Shown here: positions 59,401 through 61,915 of the stretch, piece by piece
How positions within the stretch are numbered: position 1 is the first letter of the stretch
Layout of the letters: each line of letters starts with the position of its first letter
NCBI RefSeq assembly: GCF_051117345.1
Contig: NZ_JBNPEC010000007.1
Span: forward strand, 1-61,915
Direction: 5' to 3'
Length of the DNA: 61,915 bases
Source of the DNA: Alcanivorax sp.
GTDB taxonomy: Bacteria > Pseudomonadota > Gammaproteobacteria > Pseudomonadales > Alcanivoracaceae
Position numbers and translations under genes: made by a program
Notes under the pieces: generated by a model
What the model saw: only the letters and a program-made list of their open reading frames with translations
Database searches by the model: none
What the model was told of the DNA's origin: nothing

Positions 59401-60090
59401 CTGCTGACCTCCATCACCACCATCGCCGGCCTCACCCCGATCCTGTTCGAAAGCTCCCTGCAGGCCCAGTTTCTCAAACCCATGGCGGTGAGCATTGTCT
59501 TCGGGTTGCTGTTCGGCACCGTACTGATCCTGCTGGTGGTGCCGGCCATGCTGATGCTGATCGAGGAGCAGCGTGACCGTTTCCGGGGCCTGGGCCCGCA
59601 CCTGGCGCCGGCCAACTGGGGCGAACTGGCCCGCCGCACCTGGCGTTTCGACCCGGTCCATTACCGCCAGCAAGCGGGTCCCCAGGGGCTGGATGGCCAC
59701 CTGTGGTGGGTGATCATTCTCGGCCCCTGGCTGTTACTGACAATACTGGGCAAACTACCGCTGCTGCTGCAGGCACTGGAAGCCGATGCCGGGCCGCTAT
59801 TGATAGCGCCTTCCATACTGCTGTGGCTGGTGATGATGGGGCTGGGTGTTGCCTTCCTATGGCATCTGTTCCGCCGCCGTCAGCGGGCCACCAGGATGGC
59901 GGTACACTGGTTGCTGGTGACAGGTTTCGGCAGTCTGCTGATAGCGGCATTGGCGCCGCTGTCAGGCCTGCAGGGAGAGTTGCTGGCTGGCGCGTTCTGG
60001 TCCCAGGCAGGCTGGAGCCTCTTCACTGCCGTGATCGTACTGCCATTGCTGTTCTGGAGTCGGCGCAGCGCCCATACCCTGACACGCTGA
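56479..60090 (+). CDS. RND (AcrB/AcrD/AcrF family) permease with C-terminal membrane extension
   Basis: GIIVDDAIVVGE, GIIVNDSIVL, RLRAVLLTSITT; ~170 extra aa after TM12. Confidence 0.9.
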   Translation: MSESRGLIASFTQHKVASNLLMLLMVMLGLLGLNRLNTQLFPNFDFDYITVTIPWRGASPEDVQRSITIPVEQAIKTLPNTKKLIARSQQGASAIFIELEDGTDLGLALDEVRQRIDSIRNLPQDAERPVIQKITNYSLVTSIMVSTQNGSLEELRPLVRNMEDEILALGAGKVEFLGLPEEEMAIQVPAAALHDLRMSLGEIGNRVRSFSQDIPAGTVGRDDAAKQLRALGQRRDERAFADLPLITTADGQQLSLGDVATIERRPRDDQPTLTYQGNPAIELQVMRGEDGDMLELADKVRSWGADYRTTLPEGVQMTFYFEAWKLVQERISTLLWNGITGLLLVIATLYFFLNARVAWWVTVGIPVSFMATLGLVWLFGGTINMISLFGLILALGIIVDDAIVVGEDTLTHLQQGESAQRAALGGARRMFWPVVASSTTTIAAFLPLGMMSGAMGKIAFDIPFVMICVILASLLECFLVLPGHLHHSFRGIQVKASGVRERIDAGFNRLREERFRPLVAWAIRHRHLVSVSAVSAFILALSLIATGWLKFTFFPPVDGDQLRAVVEFSSGTDRRQVDRFLAQLESALNDTNEELGGHLVKTVISHHGAAAGFPNPGGRMEKYGDEYGTLVVEVYVGADREISNDELMEAWREKLTLPAGLDQLTISQPEAGPPGKPIEVKLTGSDAPTLKQASLALQERLNDFSGVSNVDDDLPYGKEQLTFELTARGRALGLTLNEVASQLRAAFDGNLAQLYNEEDEEIEVRVMLPDNERRQFSALERMPVITPQGEAIALRDVVNFDARKGVDLLRRVNGELAVTVYADLDPEQGNANEIIASLNDSTLPDLKAKYGIGVGYEGKLQEQADNLKDMATGALLGLALIYVVLAWVFSSYSWPLAIMTAIFFGLTGAVIGHILTAPFGIKFSMFSAMGLFGLSGIIVNDSIVLVSFYQQLVAEGMERFQAIVEACVRRLRAVLLTSITTIAGLTPILFESSLQAQFLKPMAVSIVFGLLFGTVLILLVVPAMLMLIEEQRDRFRGLGPHLAPANWGELARRTWRFDPVHYRQQAGPQGLDGHLWWVIILGPWLLLTILGKLPLLLQALEADAGPLLIAPSILLWLVMMGLGVAFLWHLFRRRQRATRMAVHWLLVTGFGSLLIAALAPLSGLQGELLAGAFWSQAGWSLFTAVIVLPLLFWSRRSAHTLTR

Positions 60091-60225
60091 CCGAAAACGG
60101 CATCACAGTGCCATAATTCGACAGCTTACCTTTTGAGCAGTGACTGGTATTATTCGCGTCTGACGTAAAACAGACAAAAACAAAGTACCGCCGACGCACA
60201 GCAAGATCGGCGCGAGGAGAGCAAC

Positions 60226-60588
60226 ATGGCCAAAATTCTTGTGGTGGACGACTCGCCGACTCAACTGACCAATCTGGTCAAGATCGTTCAGGGCGAAGGT
60301 CATGAGGTCATCACCGCCACCAATGGTATGGAAGGTATCGAAAAAGCCCGCGAGGAAAAGCCTGACCTGATCCTCATGGATGTGGTCATGCCGGAACTGA
60401 ATGGCTTCCAGGCCACCCGTAAAATCACCCGTGACCCGGCTACCGAACAGATTCCGGTGATCCTGGTCACTACCAAGGATCAGGAGACCGACAAGGTCTG
60501 GGGGCAACGCCAGGGGGCTGCCGGCTATATCATCAAGCCGCCCAAGGAAGCCGAGCTGATCGCCAAGATCAACGAAGTGCTGGGCTAG
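60226..60588 (+). CDS. pilH: single-domain response regulator, PilH-like
   Basis: ILVVDDSPT, LMDVVMPELNGFQATR, TTKDQETDKVWG.RQGA. Confidence 0.85.
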   Translation: MAKILVVDDSPTQLTNLVKIVQGEGHEVITATNGMEGIEKAREEKPDLILMDVVMPELNGFQATRKITRDPATEQIPVILVTTKDQETDKVWGQRQGAAGYIIKPPKEAELIAKINEVLG

Positions 60589-60733
60589 TGCCCGGCTAGG
60601 GCTCGCAATTCGCAACATAGCCGCTTCGACAAGTCAATCTGTTAACGACCGGGATCATTGCCTATGATTTCGGTCGTTTTGTTTTACGCCTGCACGCAAT
60701 ACGTCTGCAGGCCGCACGCAGCCAGGAAATGTC

Positions 60734-61915
60734 ATGCGCAGTATTGAACAGATTATCGCCGAGGAAATCGGCTGTCAGGAACGCCAGGTCCACGCTGCCG
60801 TAGGCCTGCTCGACGACGGTGCCACCGTCCCCTTTATCGCCCGTTACCGCAAAGAGGTAACCGACGGTCTGGACGACACCCAACTGCGTAACCTGGAAGA
60901 ACGGCTGCGCTACCTGCGTGAAATGGAAGAACGCCGCGAGGCGATCCTGAAGAGCATTGCCGAGCAGGAAAAACTGACCCCGGAGCTGGAGAAGGCGATC
61001 AAGGCCGCCGACACCAAAACCCGGCTGGAAGATCTCTACCTGCCCTACAAACCCAAGCGCCGCACCCGCGCCCAAATCGCCCGGGAAGCCGGCCTGGAAC
61101 CGCTGGCCGACGGCCTGCTGGACGATCCGACCCAGAATCCGGAAGAACTCGCCGCCGGCTACCTGAACGAAGAACACAAGATTGCCAGCGCCAAGGATGC
61201 CCTGGACGGCGCCAAACAGATTCTCATGGAGCGTTTCGCCGAAAACGCCGATCTGCTCACCCGCCTGCGTACCTTCCTGTGGGACAAGGCGCAGATCCAG
61301 GCCAAGGTGGTCGACGGCAAGGAGAAGGAAGGCGCCAAGTTCAGCGACTACTTCGACCACAGCGAAACCGTCAAGGGCATCCCCAGCCACCGGGCCCTGG
61401 CCCTGTTCCGCGGCCGCAACGAAGGCATTCTGCATGTTTCCATGGTGCTGCCGGAAGAACTGGAAAATGCCCAGCCGCACCCCTGCGAAGCCATGGTCAC
61501 CGCGGAAACCGGCTGGCAGCACCAGGGCCGCGCCGCCGATGACTGGCTCAAGGAAGTGATGCGCTGGACCTGGAAGATCAAGCTCAACACCCACCTGGAA
61601 ACCGAACTGCTGGGCCGGGTCCGCGAGCTGGGCGAGGAAGAAGCCATTCAGGTGTTCGCCCGTAACCTGAAGAGCCTGCTGATGGCCTCCCCGGCCGGCC
61701 CCAAGTGCACCATGGGTCTCGATCCGGGTCTGCGTACCGGGGTCAAAGTGGTGGTAGTGGATGCCACCGGCAAGCTGCTGGAGCACAGCACCATCTTCCC
61801 GCACCAGCCCAGGAATCAGTGGGACCAGTCCCTGTCTGCCCTGGCCGCCCTGTGCCTCAAGCACAAGGTGGAATTGATCGCCATCGGCAACGGCACCGCC
61901 AGCCGCGAGACCGAC
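60734..61915 (+). CDS. tex: Tex/YhgF transcription accessory protein (3' truncated by window)
   Basis: Own translation from ATG 60734: LLDDGATVPFIARYRKE, RLEDLYLPYKPKRRT, GLDPGLRTGVK, IAIGNGTASRET. Absent from the ORF track because no stop lies in the window. Confidence 0.95.
   Translation, partial: MRSIEQIIAEEIGCQERQVHAAVGLLDDGATVPFIARYRKEVTDGLDDTQLRNLEERLRYLREMEERREAILKSIAEQEKLTPELEKAIKAADTKTRLEDLYLPYKPKRRTRAQIAREAGLEPLADGLLDDPTQNPEELAAGYLNEEHKIASAKDALDGAKQILMERFAENADLLTRLRTFLWDKAQIQAKVVDGKEKEGAKFSDYFDHSETVKGIPSHRALALFRGRNEGILHVSMVLPEELENAQPHPCEAMVTAETGWQHQGRAADDWLKEVMRWTWKIKLNTHLETELLGRVRELGEEEAIQVFARNLKSLLMASPAGPKCTMGLDPGLRTGVKVVVVDATGKLLEHSTIFPHQPRNQWDQSLSALAALCLKHKVELIAIGNGTASRETD

Noticed and set aside
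60662-61864. 400-aa - strand ORF
   Set aside because: Antisense to tex, which is the real gene but lacks a stop in the window.

Overview
GC-rich gammaproteobacterial chromosomal segment. Gene content (almA-type monooxygenase, several BVMO/FMOs, pckA, NAD-type IDH, many lipoprotein hydrolases) points to Alcanivorax or a close marine hydrocarbon degrader; this is inference, no database was searched. The backbone follows enterobacterial order (nudE / yrfG-hslR-hslO-pckA ... envZ-ompR ... tex). Also present are an OqxAB-like tripartite RND pump, a second RND pump, a YadGH ABC transporter, soxR, hemH, ndh and cell-envelope enzymes. No rRNA, tRNA, CRISPR array, integrase or transposase was seen. 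Main non-routine observations: (1) a modular intergenic repeat family in 6 copies, a conserved GAGGCCGCG hairpin core flanked by interchangeable 7-bp tandem arrays, two of which supply the stop codon of the upstream gene; (2) two operons with near-identical 57-bp promoter/operator blocks, each pairing an uncharacterised diiron-motif protein with a Baeyer-Villiger monooxygenase; (3) a SoxR regulon readable from sequence (two 19-bp-spacer promoters driving the OqxAB-like pump and YadGH); (4) an IgaA-like gene outside Enterobacterales and away from its usual nudE-yrfG slot; (5) an RND permease with a fused DUF2569-like C-terminal membrane domain. Family assignments are from remembered motifs.
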